This document shows, one piece after another, positions 1 through 13,689 of a stretch of 64,000 nucleotides of DNA. The notes beneath the pieces were generated by a model, which did not search any database, had not been told where the DNA came from, and saw nothing but the letters and a program-made list of their open reading frames with translations. The DNA comes from Eledone cirrhosa (taxonomy: Eukaryota): positions 146,320,001-146,384,000 of the forward strand of contig OZ024740.1 in assembly GCA_964016885.1 (NCBI GenBank). Reading direction: 5' to 3'. Made by a program: the position numbers and the translations under genes. Each line of letters opens with the position of its first letter. Positions within the stretch are counted from its first letter, which is position 1.

Positions 1-149
1 TACTTGAAGTAGCCAAGATAATAGAATTAAACTCAAACTAGTAATTGGTGATATAGCATCTGTGATCTCTGTTTATGTCCTATAAGTAAGATTGAAAGAT
101 GAATATAATGGGCTGGTTATATGAGCCCTTCAATAGTATATCATCATGA

Positions 150-430
150 CAATTGGCAGAGTTGTCAGAATGCTTTGTGGTATTCATTCCGGTACTCTGT
201 GCTCCGAGCTCAAATCTCGCCCAAGTCAACTTTGCCTTTCATACTTTCAAGGTCAATAAAGTACCAGTCTATTACTGGGGTCAATTCTTCTTCTATATCT
301 CTTTCTCAATCTCTCTCCTCTAAAAGAAATCAGCTGTGTTCAGATCTGGAGATGAGATGGGCTCCACCAGGTTTAGAATGCCCAAAACATGCCATATGTA
401 CCAACAGTGACCTACAATTCAAACAGGAGT
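150..430 (+). mobile_element. Old tRNA-derived SINE with a GCCTTTCATCC..GTCGATAAA..AGTACCAG-type core (related copies ~12905-13195 +, ~10690-10880 -, ~28045-28255 +, ~39780-39870 +, ~40714-40895 -)
   Basis: Repeated motif GTTCAAAT....CAACTTTGCCTTTCAT...GTCAATAAA..AGTACCAGT...TACTGGGG. Family name not verified. Confidence 0.65.
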
Positions 431-974
431 TACTGGTCCATATGTACATATCAACATTATAGTGTGTGCTTTTAATGGTCATTTGAGGAAACATCAAGTA
501 CATTTCAGTAATAGTAGATATTTTAATTTACCATTCAAACTTATTGTTTCCATAGATGAAAGCTCTCATCTATTCTATGTATTTTTCAGTAATTTCTCAT
601 GGCAACATTTTTGTTCCTCTTTATTTAACCCTTACCAAAAGCAATAAGGATCATATCCTTTCGAACACATTTTTCTTCAATAATGTCCTGATACATCTGG
701 ACAGTGTCTTCAATTTAGAGCTTTTCACACACCTAATCCTCTTTACGGACTATACTGACAAACTTAATCTCTGACTTTCTTCAAATCTAGTTAAACCATT
801 ATATGTGCTAGGGTAGAACATTAGATAGTGATGTCTGCATAGCAAACATTTTAAATTGGCCTCTATCTTACATTTGCTCTTTTGTCTAATCTAACAATAT
901 CTAAAACCTCCTTGATTGCTACATGCAACACTTTTCAACCCTAGATGTATCATCAATATGAATCATATATGTCC

Positions 975-1800
975 ATACCAACTTAGCTCTTGGGAGATGA
1001 ATATCACTGATGCATTCGACAATCGAAAAGGTAGTGAGCTGGTTGAACCCTGTGAGACCAGCAGATGGGCGGCACATAACTCTCTGTAGATATAGGTGTC
1101 AGACGATTTGTTGGAACCTAGGTTAACTCGCTGCTCAGAAGCCTTAGACTAGTGGCAAAAGAAACAACTTTCAAGGAAATTGTCAGAGGCAGCTGAAAAA
1201 GCGCTCAGAAGCCTTAGACTGGTGGCAAAAGAAACAACTTTCAAGGAAATTGTCAGAGGCAGCTGAAAAAGCGCCCAAGAAGCCTTAGACTGGTGGCAAA
1301 AGAAACAACTTTCAAGGAAATTGTCAGAGGCAGCTGAAAAAGCGCCCAAGAAGCCTTAGACTGGTGGCAAAAGAAACAACTTTCAAGGAAATTGTCAGAG
1401 GCAGCTGAAAAAGCGCCCAAGAAGCCTTAGACTGGTGGCAAAAGAAACAACTTTCAAGGAAATTGTCAGAGGCAGCTGAAAAAGCGCCCAAGAAGCCTTA
1501 GACTGGTGGCAAAAGAAACAACTTTCAAGGAAATTGTCAGAGGCAGCTGAAAAAGCGCCCAAGAAGCCTTAGACTGGTGGCAAAAGAAACAACTTTCAAG
1601 GAAATTGTCAGAGGCAGCTGGAAAAGCGCTCAGAAGCCTTAGACTGGTGGCAAAAGAAACAACTTTCAAGGAAATTGTCAGAGGCAGCTGGAAAAGTGCT
1701 CAGAAGCCTTAGACTGGTGGCAAAAGAAACAACTTTCAAGGAAATTGTCAGAGGCAGCTGAAAAAGCGAGTCACTACATCAGGCTCAAGAGAAGACGAAT
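975..1800 (+). mobile_element. Degenerate 3' end of a HERO-like (RLE) non-LTR retrotransposon
   Basis: Broken frames give WEMNITDAF..RK..ELVEPC...W.....IG...FVG and LSEAAEKASHYIRLKR. These match the HERO C-terminus PWEE..ERK..Y.ELV..C..GW...PVEVGCRGF...SEAAEKAS.W.W.KR. Confidence 0.7.
1134..1768 (+). repeat. Minisatellite, 9 copies of a 70-71 bp unit
   Basis: Unit AGAAGCCTTAGACTGGTGGCAAAAGAAACAACTTTCAAGGAAATTGTCAGAGGCAGCTGAAAAAGCG(CTC/CCCA) starts at 1137, 1207, 1278, 1349, 1420, 1491, 1562, 1632 and 1702. Confidence 0.97.
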
Positions 1801-3823
1801 GGTGCACGGGACACACTGAGATGGATGGAGACATCAGACTCATCTAATTTTGTACTGATGGGCAGTTTTATCATTTATATTGATGCATGGCACTAAGTAG
1901 TTCTGGTGTCATGGTGAAAAGGGCCAACACACCTACAGAGTTGCTTCACCCCTTGAAGTGACATTGACTATTGCATTTGGAGACAGGGTACTGCAGTACA
2001 CTCAGAACGCAAGTGTTTACAGCAAAGTCACACATAGTAAACAATACTTTATATAGTTGCTTTCTCGTTTCTTACTCAGTACATCAATATCTAACTAATG
2101 ATACTCAGGTTGTTTTCTTCTGTTACTACAAATTGTGAAAAGCAAATTTTAAAAATATATCTATATATCTTAAATATGATCATTTGGTACCCGGTAAGGG
2201 TAATTAGGCTCATACCAAGGTAGAGATGATCCTCTTCTTAGTATGAAACCTCTCAGTTGTAAAGCTGGGGAAATGCAAAATTGTGATTTTTCATAATGGC
2301 TAAACAAATGTAGTGATTCATTCCAAGAATGTTAATTAAATGTTAAAACTAATAATAGCTTTGACCATATTTTAGAAATATAAATGTGAATTATTCACAC
2401 ATAGAAATACCTAATAGCATAAGAAAGACAGGGAGAGAAACACAAAATGGGTTTGAATAATCATTAACTTAAATCAATTACAGTAAAATATTTTTAAACA
2501 AAGAATCTAAATGCCAGTGCAATACCTATACACATTTAAAAATGGAATGCAAAATTTGAGACAAGTCATACAGAGACATAAGCAGATATGTTGTTTGTTT
2601 GAACACTTTCCACTGATTTGCTTCAATTAGTATATTCTCTATTTCAGGTACTTTGTTTTGAAATACATACATTACATTTAACTAAGTTTGAACTCAGCAT
2701 GTTTACACAGGTTTCAACACTTTTTTCACTAGGCCTCAGTTCAAAATTAAAGCTATGGTTGTGTTTATTGGAACAGTAGATATAGAGTTTATTTTAATGT
2801 TTTGGAGAAAAGAATTTCCCCCAAATACCTTATAGTATTTAAAAGTCAATAGAAATATAGTAAGATACCGCCGACAATTCATAAACAATTCGCAGCATAA
2901 GTTGAACTGTCAATACTATTCGATTTTGAAGAGCGGTATATTCAATATGTAAAGATATACATAAAACTACACTAGTTTTAATGATTTAGGATATATATAA
3001 TATACTATATATAACTTTTACAAACATTTTATTTATTGAAATCATATTTCTACTATAAATAGAAGACTTAATATCTATGTTTAACGTGGCTTGTTATAGT
3101 TATAATTTTATTATTGTTAATAGCGCACAAAACGCTTTTAAGACTATTAAATTTTGGAAACGTAAATTTGTAATAGTTTTAATTTTCCTAATATTAAAAT
3201 GATTTTAATCATATGGAAATAGACGTGTTTCCAAAAGTTCAGGATGTACAAAAGCATTTATGGATGTTTATTTTATGACGTGTTTACTAATACCACCCAT
3301 GAATTAAAATATACTCTGTAATTTATAAATTTCGTTTCAGATCGAACTAAATACCAATATAATGAGGTAAACTAAATGTAATCTTTGTTTGTGTCAAATG
3401 TATAAATAAGTTTAAAAAATAACAATAAATTCATCATAAAGTTGATGAAAGATTCATTGATATGATATGTGTGTATCTATCTATCTATCTACATATGATA
3501 TATATATATTAAATATAAATGCTAAAATAGATTATAAATCGATACTGAAACATTTTATCAGAATATATATAAAGCTATAATGGGTTCAAAACAAACTCAT
3601 TCCTTTTCAGTTTACAATTAATGAAGCAATGAGTTAAACTAATATAGCAGGAAGCCGGTATCGCGAACAATCTCAAAACAAACAAGTAGAAAGTAAAGAG
3701 TGATACGAAATATTTAGGTTTAAAAGCTTAGATATTTTGCGTCGTTTCTTTTTTTTTTCTTTTTCCCCAACAACTTAGAGGTTTAAAAGAATAGAAAAAT
3801 AATTTTGATTTTAATTAGTTTAC

Positions 3824-3848
3824 CTCCACCGTAGACACCGCCACTCAT
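3824..3848 (-). CDS. ACTL6A: First coding exon of actin-like protein 6 (BAF53/BAP55/Arp4 family); the rest of the gene appears to lie left of the window
   Basis: Reverse complement reads ATG AGT GGC GGT GTC TAC GGT GGA G|GTAAA = MSGGVYGG plus a phase-1 donor. This matches the conserved ACTL6 N-terminus MSGGVYGGDEVGALVFD. It lies in a locally GC/CpG-richer patch. No exon 2 (DEVGALVFD) was found in 1-3823. Confidence 0.85.
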
Positions 3849-3975
3849 TGTGCAGATATTGTGTAGCACGCGGTTAAGACAAAGTGATAAATAAAATGGG
3901 AGACAGTTGGAAGTTGCTGCTTGCCGCCAGACGGTACAGTGAGGTAACTCTGACAGCAACTCTTCCGATCGATGT
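3849..3975 (-). promoter_or_regulatory. Probable 5' UTR / core promoter of ACTL6
   Basis: Non-repetitive, CpG-containing stretch directly upstream of the ATG, surrounded by very AT-rich DNA. Confidence 0.5.
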
Positions 3976-4779
3976 CTTTCTAAATAAAATACTCTAATAC
4001 TTCATATCGAAAATGAATGAAATAAATACTCCTTTTAATAATTCCCTGTAATATTTTAAAATTAATATTTTAATACTAGAATTTTCTGTTTACTTATCGT
4101 GTTTAACATACATTTTATGCGTTAGTTGAATAATTTTACCTCATTATTTAGCCTTGTGCTTCCTCAAAATAAATCATTATTATAATTATGTGTACTAACA
4201 TTCTATTACATGTAATAAATAAATCGATGAATTTAATATTTTAATTAAATATTTAAGGTTTCTATAATCTTCCAATTGTATTTAACAAATAAGTATGAGC
4301 CAACTAACTGATTTTTTTTTTAATATACATGGTATATTAAAAATAAAAATTCGAATACTGCTCATAAACAAAAGACAAAAAAACCACATGTTTCTAAGGG
4401 AGAGTAAATGTGAAGTGTCGATGTTCGTGCCTCTCCCAAAGGAACTAGTAACACATTCGCCTGCTTTTTTGGAGAGGTGGGGGGGGGGGTATATTTCAAC
4501 AAAACAAGAATTCCTTTGTTATTCTTGTTTTAGAAACAAAATTCCAAAATTGGCCATCTATGTGATCATGGAGCTCCTTTTTTATGATGAGAGCTCTAGT
4601 TGTTTCCATCAACAGAATTACCTACATATTGCATTATAGTGAAAGTGGCTGAGTGTTTCACTGTAACTATAAGGCATATATAAATATTCCAAACGAACAG
4701 TCCACATACATGAATACAAATAACGTTTGTGACTATCGGCTAGTAACCGAAAAGAAATATGTATACATATATAAATGTT

Positions 4780-4792
4780 TGTGTGTATACAC

Positions 4793-4829
<37 letters not shown>

Positions 4830-4927
4830 ATAAACACCCACACACGCACCATGTGTGTGTATATCATTATCATTTAACGTCTGCTTTCCCCGATACGTGT
4901 TTCTGTATGTGTGTGTGTGTGTGTATG

Positions 4928-4959
<32 letters not shown>

Positions 4960-5105
4960 TATATATATACACACACACATACAGAAACACGTATCGGGGA
5001 AAGCAGACGTTAAATAATAATGATATACACACACATGGTGCGTGTGTGGGTGTTCATTATATATATATATATATATATGTGTGTATGTATACACACACAC
5101 ATATA
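4780..5105. repeat. Long palindrome centred on a (TA)n/(CA)n spacer
   Basis: 4829-4915 is the near-perfect reverse complement of 4969-5058, and the symmetry extends into the flanking microsatellites. Confidence 0.92.
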
Positions 5106-5124
5106 TATATATATGTGTGTGTGT

Positions 5125-5870
5125 GATCATCATTATCATAGCCGTTTAACGTCTATTTTCTATGATCGCATGGTTTAGAGTTTGTCTTGTACCGAGGCTA
5201 GACAGGTCAGGTGACTACGTCTTGCTCAAACGTTTCGTTTCTGGCTTACTTTTTCTACGACTGGATGTTTTTCCCCAAAGTAACCACGTTACAGCGTACA
5301 TTGGAGGCATTTTATCGTGACTCCACCACTACCACTTTACAGAGGGGGTTGGGTGATTTTCGTCGTGGAACCAGCACTACCACCTTACAATGTAGACTGG
5401 TCGCTTTTTATCTTGGTACCAGCACAAGCATTTTATAAAATGAACAGGATAAATTTTATCATAGCACCAGCACTACTTTATTACCTCACTAGGGAACTTG
5501 TATTCTTGATCAAGTTGGTGAGGTAATGATTGGGATAAGTTGTAAGAGACAGACAGGCCTACATGGTGCTTGCTGGAGGTAGGGGGAGTCATTGCCCAAA
5601 CTCACTTCATGTAGCATTGCAGTTCTCATGGAGGCTTCATACAATCTGCCTTTTGTCCTAAAAGAGGAATATTTTGTAGCCAGCAGAGGTAGTAGCTCCT
5701 TGGACTTCCTCCTGGTTCTCACATTAGCTACAGTACTTTTGGAATATCCAGTCCACTAATGTTTAAGTCACCTAGGTAACAGAATCTATTTCCAGGGAGA
5801 CATCTGAGCATTTAATAGCGCCTGATTCACGTAAGCTCTTGTTGCTTATTGGTCCTGTGCATGTATATAC
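5125..5870 (-). mobile_element. Degenerate RTE LINE 3' fragment
   Basis: (CAT)n-type tail, 3' UTR subrepeats, and ELLPLLATK...KGRLYEASMRTAMLH homologous to the RTE at 56027-56950. Confidence 0.8.
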
Positions 5871-6350
5871 AATATATACCCATGCTAGCGTGGAAAATGG
5901 ACGTTAAACGAAGATGAGGATGATGATTTATAAAGATACATCTCTGTAGTGATTTTCCTTAACACATGCACAATGAAATGCAAAATAAAATTGAAACCGG
6001 GTCAAATCCAGGCAACAGCTTATGCACATGTAAAACATGACATTTTCTGGTTTTTACTTTTGCACAAGGTAATTCTAGATACACCTTTAAAATGACATGG
6101 TCATCATTGTCAGAATAACTTTGACGTATATATATATATATATATATATATAAATATATATGATGATGATATATATAGAGAGAGAGAGAGTCTGTGATGC
6201 TGAGACCGAGGAGACCACTAATCATGGGAGTACTCAATGCATGGGGAGATACAGAGTGGGTATAGAGATATGTCAAATCCTGACAGTGGTGCCAAGCAGT
6301 TTTGGTTTGTCAAAACCAATTGGATGCTGCAGTCAGGATTTTACATCTCA

Positions 6351-6405
<55 letters not shown>

Positions 6406-6609
6406 GAATAAGGGAGACAGTTTTGTGTGTACATCTTCCTAAGGAATACGAAATACGTATAACAAAATTATGTAATAAAAAGATGTACATATAAAACAGT
6501 CTTTCTTATTCATAATATTGAAACCCCAATTGATACCTTACCAAGAAAATCCTAAGGAATACTAATTGTACAGTGCTTTATGTCTGTTTACAAAAAAAAG
6601 TTGATGGAT

Positions 6610-6776
6610 TAGAACTATTCTACAGGACTAGAACTTTTCGTTCATCTCCCGAATGAAACAGTTCTAGTCCTGTAGAAGCCATTTCTATATTAAATATTTA
6701 TACTCTGCTATGTATTGAGAACCTTACTTACTGTGGTTACCCCTGATTGAACCCGGGATAAACTTATATTGGGCTG
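6610..6776 (+). mobile_element. Degenerate fold-back PLE-terminus cassette, same family as 58723-58930 (third copy ~41877-42000)
   Basis: TTCTACAGGACTAGAACT / AGTTCTAGTCCTGTAGAA inverted arms and the shared tail GTATTGAG(T)AC.T.ACTT.CTGTGGTTA.CCC. Confidence 0.75.
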
Positions 6777-6792
6777 TATATATATATATATA

Positions 6793-7684
6793 CAGGGTGT
6801 GGACGATATTTGTTCGCAATTTTCAACTGCTAATTTTATGCAAGTTTGTTTTACTTCCGTTGTCACTCTTGTCTTCATAAAAACAGTGGCTATATTTCCA
6901 TTATTTATTTTCAGAATAATTGATTGTGAATAATTTTGAACCTCCAAATTTGTGGAAGAGACACGGAGTTCTTCTTGGAATCCACGCTGGGAGGACAAAT
7001 AAGACCAGAAGATCATCTCCCAGAACAACAGGTGGCTCGCTGTCTCATCCAAAGACGTGCCCACAGTCATGCAGACAAAGTTTCCAGCGACAACATTGGT
7101 CTTAGGTGTCGTCAGCAGTCAAGGTGACGTCATGCCACCTCACTTCTTCTCTGAGGGCCTCAAGCTGAACACTGATGGCTATATCCGCGTTCTGAGTGAG
7201 GTAATAAAGCCCTGGATCGACCAGGTAGCTGCAGGTAGGCCGTACGTGTGGCAGCAAGACTCAGCGCCCTGCCATACCAGCCGAAAGACCCAAGCCTGGC
7301 TGTCAGAGAATTTTGTCGACCACACTTCACCTGACATCTGGCCTCCCAGCTCGCCTGACTGCAACCCCCTCGACTTCTTTGTGTGAGGCGCAGTAGAACG
7401 AGACACCAACAGATATAGCTGCAATACGAAAGACGATCTGAAGGCCAGGATCACAAATGCCTTTAGGGGCCTAAGTCGGGGGACAATGACGAAGGCCTGT
7501 AGCCGGTTCCGAGGCCACTTTGAGGCCGTCATCAAAGCCAATGGCGGGTTTATCGAGTGAGATCAAAAGAACAAGTCATGAAGACAAACTGACCCAAGTT
7601 TGATAAATAAATCTTAAAAAATAAAACTATTGTGTTATTTTTTCCTAGACAGTAATCCTGTGAACAAATATCATCCGCACCCTG
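6793..7684 (+). mobile_element. Internally deleted Tc1/mariner transposon of the DD37D (maT) type
   Basis: 26-bp TIRs CAGGGTG(T/C)GGA(C/T)GATATTTGTTC(G/A)CA flanked by TA. The C-terminal half QQDSAPCH...WPPSSPDCNPLD has 37 residues between the last two Asp. One in-frame stop; N-terminus absent. Confidence 0.92.
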
Positions 7685-9429
7685 TATATATATATATATA
7701 CATATATATATATACGTATATATATATATATGCAGCCCAACCAATACCAACACACAAAGATGGTTGCACCCCCCCACTTTCACATCCAACCCATGCCAAA
7801 ATAGAAAGCCAGTACAACTCCACCTTGAACCACAATAAAATACTTGGATATGGTTAACAAGGGCATGCCAAAACAAAATGGAACATATGAATAGATGCCG
7901 TTACTTGTCCAGCATAGTTTCTGAGAATTAGAGCCTGTCTGACCCAGGTAAGAATAGAAAATAGACTTGTAACAATGATAATGATGATGTGCTCTCCCCC
8001 CAGTCACATCCCTGATACACCTTTCCTATCCAACCCATGCATGAAAAGCTGGACACTCATTCTCTTCAAGGCCACCTCCATGACACTTCGCTTTCTCTCT
8101 CACAGTACTTGTCCAATGACAAAAAGGCACCCAGTCCACCCTGTAAAGCGGTTGTACAGGGGCCCTGACAAAAAGCTCCTAGTCCGTGTCATGAAAAAAC
8201 TCCCAGTACACACTGTAATATGGTTAATGTAAGAAAAGGCATCCAGCTGTAGAAAACCAAGCTCAAAATGGATAGTATGAACAAACTGTGATCACCTGAG
8301 CTGTCTACCCTCAGCATGCCAGCTCATCTAATCCATGGAAATATGGAAAATAGGCATTAAATGGTGATGATGATGATATCAGTAGCAACTGCAGCACTCA
8401 GGCTACATGGGCTTTGCTCATGTAGCTCAACTGTCAAGTCTCTATTTTAAGACAACAAAAAATACCTCAGAACTCTACCTTCATTCTTGATTTGTAATAT
8501 TTGCTCAGACTCAAAAGTGTGGCTCTAGCCGACAAATTCCACCTGAAATATTAAGAATAAAATAATCCTGAATGGTTTATTCCCCCAACCTCTTAGACTC
8601 ACAAATTTCAGCTTTTGTAAAACTAACAAGCAGTCACTATTTTCTAAAAAGTAAATATAGTTTTGTTTCAACCATATAATGCTATATGAACAAAATGTAT
8701 TCAGCCTTAGCTCCTGGACTCCCAGATTTGAGCTTGGTGAAACTAACAAGCTCTATGATGAAAAAGAGCTGCAAGTGAAATCATTCATAGATTGGTTGTG
8801 TCTGCCTGTAGTCTGTCATTGCTAGATAAGTAACATTGACTAGTGTATATAATGTGTGTTTATGTACATAAACACATGGTATACTCCATAAATTTAACAC
8901 ATGGCATACACCATACATGCATGTATGGTGTATACCATGTGTTAAATTTATGAGTGCCTGTGTCTGTGTTTCGATATATATGTGTGCATGTATGTATATG
9001 TGTGTTTTACAAATGCATGTATGTATCTATCTATCTTATCATCATCATCATCATCATCATCATCATCGTTTAATGTCTATCTTCCACGTTAGCATGGGTT
9101 AGATGGGAATTGTCCCACTTGAGGCAAGATTGATCGGGTGACCGTGTCTCGCTCATATAGGACTGTATCTGGCAGGTTTTCTACGGCTGGATGCCCTTCC
9201 TAACACCAACCACATTTACATTGTGGACTGGGAGCCTTTTTACCGTGTCTCCTACACAACCACTTTACAGCGTTGATTGGGTGTTTTTTGTTGTGACACC
9301 TACACAACCTCTTTAGTTTGGACTGGATGTATATCTATATATATATATATATATGTGTATGTGTGTGTATGTATGAACATAACATACATAGATTAATGTA
9401 TGTTATGTATGTGTGTATATATGTATATA

Positions 9430-10130
9430 TGTATGTATGTGAATGACATGCAACATCTCATGGATTCTTTTTCGAAAGGATGCAGTGCTTTGGGCCTAAC
9501 AATCAGTCTGAAGAAAACTGTGGTGTTGTACCAACTTGTACCAGGTAAAGCTTACTCTATGCCAAACATATATGTCTATGGCCAGAAATTGAAAATCATG
9601 GATAAGTTTGTATATCTAGGTAGCACTATTAATATGACCAATACTTTAGATGAAGAAATCCCCCTTTGAATTAAGAAGGCAAGTGATGTATTTGGAAAAC
9701 TGGATGGACATCTATAGTCTCAGCATGGTATTTCTATTGAGACAAAGTTAAAAGTATATAATGTTGTGCTTTGTGCTCTTTGCTGTATGCATCTGAGACT
9801 TGGGTCACTTGCTGAAGGCATCTCAAAGGGTTGGAACACTTTCACCAAAAGTGTCTTTCCACTGGAAAATGTACATGAGTGATACAGAAGTCCTTGAATG
9901 CAATTGGTGTACCAGTATAGAGTCTCTCATATTTCAACATCAATTAAGATGTGGTCATGTAGTTAGAATGGATGATGATCATATCCCTAGGCAGTACTTG
10001 TATGGTCAGCTGGTCAACGTTAAACGACCAGCACACAAACCAAAATTGAGGTACATTTATGAACTCAGGGACGATTCTTTTCACTGGCTGATACTTTTGC
10101 TGAAAAACAGATACTTGTTGATCTAGAATG
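9430..10130 (+). mobile_element. Degenerate RTE-clade RT fragment (BovB-like family)
   Basis: MQHLMDSFSKGCSALGLTISLKKT, KFVYLGS, LLYASETW and GHVVRMDDDHIPRQYLYGQL motifs, with stops and frameshifts. Confidence 0.85.
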
Positions 10131-11870
10131 ATAAAAATAATTATACAAGATGATACTAAAGGAATTCGGTATAAAACCAAGACTCCTAGTCTTCATTAAG
10201 ACATCTCTCTAGCAGAAGGTCACTCTGATATAAAACCTGCGACTTCATTTGTATACAATAATGTAGACCAGTTCTTTTTTTTTGGGGGGGGGGGGGGGGG
10301 GGGCATTTGATGTTCAAGGAGTGGGATTGGCCCTGTGCAAAGCCTTGCCTCACTTAAAAAACCTTCAAGCACAGGCATCGCTTGATATGTGATATTTTTT
10401 GTGATGCATGGAATTGCTGGCCATAGGCAAGTCCCTAGCAGGACTAAAATGTCATGTCCATGATGCTCATGCTTGATGCTAATGTGTGTGCTCACGTGCA
10501 TGTATGAGTATGTATATATGTATACATGTGCCATAAGGGTATGGGTATGGGGAATATGTATGTGGGTACGTGTATAGAATTTCTATATAAACATGACTCT
10601 ATACCCCTTTAACATCATTTTCTCCCTGACCTCTCTCTGATGAAATGCATTTAAACAATAGCGCAGTGTGAGATAATGAATTATATAATAATTGTTTCTA
10701 CTTTTGGCATAAGACCAGCAACTACACAGTACATTACTGGTACTTTATTTTATCGCCCCGTAAGGATGAAAGGAAAAAAATCTCGGTGGGATTTGATCTC
10801 AGAATGACAAGGGCCGTAACCCTATGCATCAAAGCATGGTGTCTGATCCTCTACCGATACTGCCAATCCACCACCTCTGGATTGTATAATATCATCATCA
10901 TCATCATCATCACCGTTTTACGTCCGTTCTTCCACGCTAGCATGGGTTAGACGGGTTGTCCTGTTGTGGGCAGTGTCTGGTCGGCTGACCATGCCTTGCT
11001 CATACAGGAACTGATCTGGCTTGATTTCTACAGCTGGATGCCCTTCCTAACACCAACCTCATTTACAGTGAGTGCTGGGTGCTTTTTCGTGGCGCCTACA
11101 CGTCCACTTTACAGTGTGGGCTGGGTGCTTTTTTTGCCGTGGCACCTCCACGACCACCTTGCGGTGGGGGGAGTGGGGGCATATTGTTTATATGCTTCAG
11201 CATGTACCCATGGGAGGTCGGGTACCCTGTATTACTGCGTGACGCCAGAAGTCACGGTCGTGTGTCATTGTCTTTGAGAGGTATATATAATAATACAGAT
11301 TTCACAGGCCATCCGTTACATAATGTATTGGCACATGTGTAAGAGAATCTCCAGTATGAATAACTGTATCAATGCATTAACAAATGTGTTTTATTTTTAT
11401 AATACCAATATATATTATATTACTCAATCGGTTACTCAAACTGGACCGATTTAACTTACTTGCTAACACAATTCATATCAACCAAGTATTTATGATAAAC
11501 AGTTCCATTGACTACATAGAGCACAACTAAACTAGTAAGTTGCCTTTTCTTTTTTGTATACGCACATCCACCCTAGAATTCAAAAGTGCGAAGTTGCCTA
11601 CAAAAAAGGGAAACCTGTATTTTATATACACACACACACACACACGCACATATATATATATATAGGCTGAAAACTGATATCATCATTTAATGTTCACTTT
11701 CTCTGCTAGCAAGTACTGGACGGGTCATCACAGATCAAGTCATTACTCAATCTGATCCACAAATCTCACAATCTACAGAGTGCACCATGCATTTTATTAT
11801 GATACTAGCACTAGGTAGGTTGTCAGGTTGTCATGTCTTTGGCACAACTATATATGTATATATATATATA

Positions 11871-12215
11871 AATAGTAAAAAAGAAGAAAAAAAACAGTAG
11901 AAAGTGCTAAAGGGATTTTCTCTCAGAATAACATCAAAACATTTATTTACAAAATAGGCATTTCCACATTATTTGTACTGGCTTCAGCTAGTACGCTTTT
12001 ATTCTTATTGTTCTTATTATTATGCAATTTAATTGCATTATACACTTCCGTTGTGTGAAAAAGCGTACAAGCCGAAACCGGTACAAATAATGGGTAAATT
12101 CCTATTTTGTAAATAAATGTTTTGATGTTATTCTGAGAGAAAACCCCTTTAGTATTTTCTACTGTTTATTTTTACTATTTTTTATACATATCAACTCATG
12201 TGCCACTTTTCTGCA
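11871..12215 (+). mobile_element. Fold-back cassette (~125-bp arms) with a decayed hammerhead motif and one-sided tail
   Basis: 11871-12000 is inverted against 12059-12180. The right arm begins ttgtgTGAAAA agc gtacaa gcc GAAAC CG GTA caaa. Confidence 0.7.
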
Positions 12216-13689
12216 TTATATATATATATATATACAAACACATACTAGCTGATAAGCTTGCTTCCATCTAGTACTTGAAACAGGTTTCAAATGTTTGCTT
12301 CACTCACATTTTACAATGAAATAAACAAATAATTCACCTATAGTTTATATAAATAGAACAAACATTGTATTTTATATAAATTGAATTTATAATCAAAATT
12401 GTGATGTTGATAAGAATATTTGCTCTTCTTTTCCGTCCTTTCTGTTTTGAAATAACGAAATATTCAATGCATAACTCATAATCTGAATAACTTCCAGGTA
12501 TTTCCATCCCTTACATACATCACTGAAGCATCTTTTTTCCATTGTTTGCAATAATGTTTAAATTTGAGGGATTTCCAACCTTTGAACAATCAGTGTAGTG
12601 CTGGCCACGGGAAAAGCAAGGCAAAGAGCAAACAAGACAGACAGACAGACTGGCAGACAATGTGTTTTATATAGAGAGATATAAACCATCAATTATGCTT
12701 AATTGCACAACTTCAGTGATTGAAATTCTTATGCAATTAACTGAATTCACATAGTAGATAATAAAGTTATGAGATTTCGATATATTATCAGTGTTAATGT
12801 AATATAGCTATGTTAAACATATGGAGATTATATAAAATAGCAATAAAATGCTTTTTACACACAGTATCTTTTGAGTATACAAAATGAATGTACTTAGAAA
12901 GTTGGTGAATTCGTAGTCATTAAAACATTGGATAGACTGCCTTGCTGTATTGGTTCTAGATCTCTGTACACTGAGTTTAAATCTCATCAAGGTCAATTTT
13001 GCCTTTCTATCATTTTAATGTCAATAAAAAAAGTACCAGTCCAGTACTGGAGATGAATCTTCCTCTCTTTCTCTCTCTCTCTCTCTGGAAGATACCTGTT
13101 GTATTCAGACCTGGAGAGGGATTGGCTTCTCCAGGTTTAAAGTGCCCATGACACACTGTATATCATGATGATGCCCTTATGACACCATCAGGAATTATGG
13201 GTGTATTACACAAAGATTAATTAATATATTTATGTTACATGCAGTCAAAGCTATTTATTGATATGTATCAGCATGACAATCGTTTCAGTTCAATCCTAGT
13301 CAAGTAGATTAAAAAAAAGTTAACACAGCCGATTTCCAGATCACTTTGTGCCATCTGACCTCGAAACACACAACAGTGTCTTCATCCAGATGGTGTTATG
13401 GTTCTATGAATAAGGAACTCTTGCTATGGTCATATGTTTTTTCTTCGAAGTGTCTGACTTTGAAACTCTCTTCCATCACATTGTTTTCCCCCTTCTTATG
13501 ACTTGAACTCTTTCAAATCTAAAGTAAATTCATTCCTTTCGTCTGAATTTCTCCTTCTTCATAGTCCCTTGCATAAAGTTGCTTCACAACTTGTTTGAGA
13601 CTTCTTCTTCTTCTTGGGCACCAACATGATAACCGCCACTGGTGCATTTACCAACGCCGACCCACAGACCAACGACACAGATCACCATG

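Noticed and set aside
1134-1768. Regular repeat array resembling CRISPR
   Set aside because: Units are contiguous with no unique spacers, there are no cas genes and the context is eukaryotic
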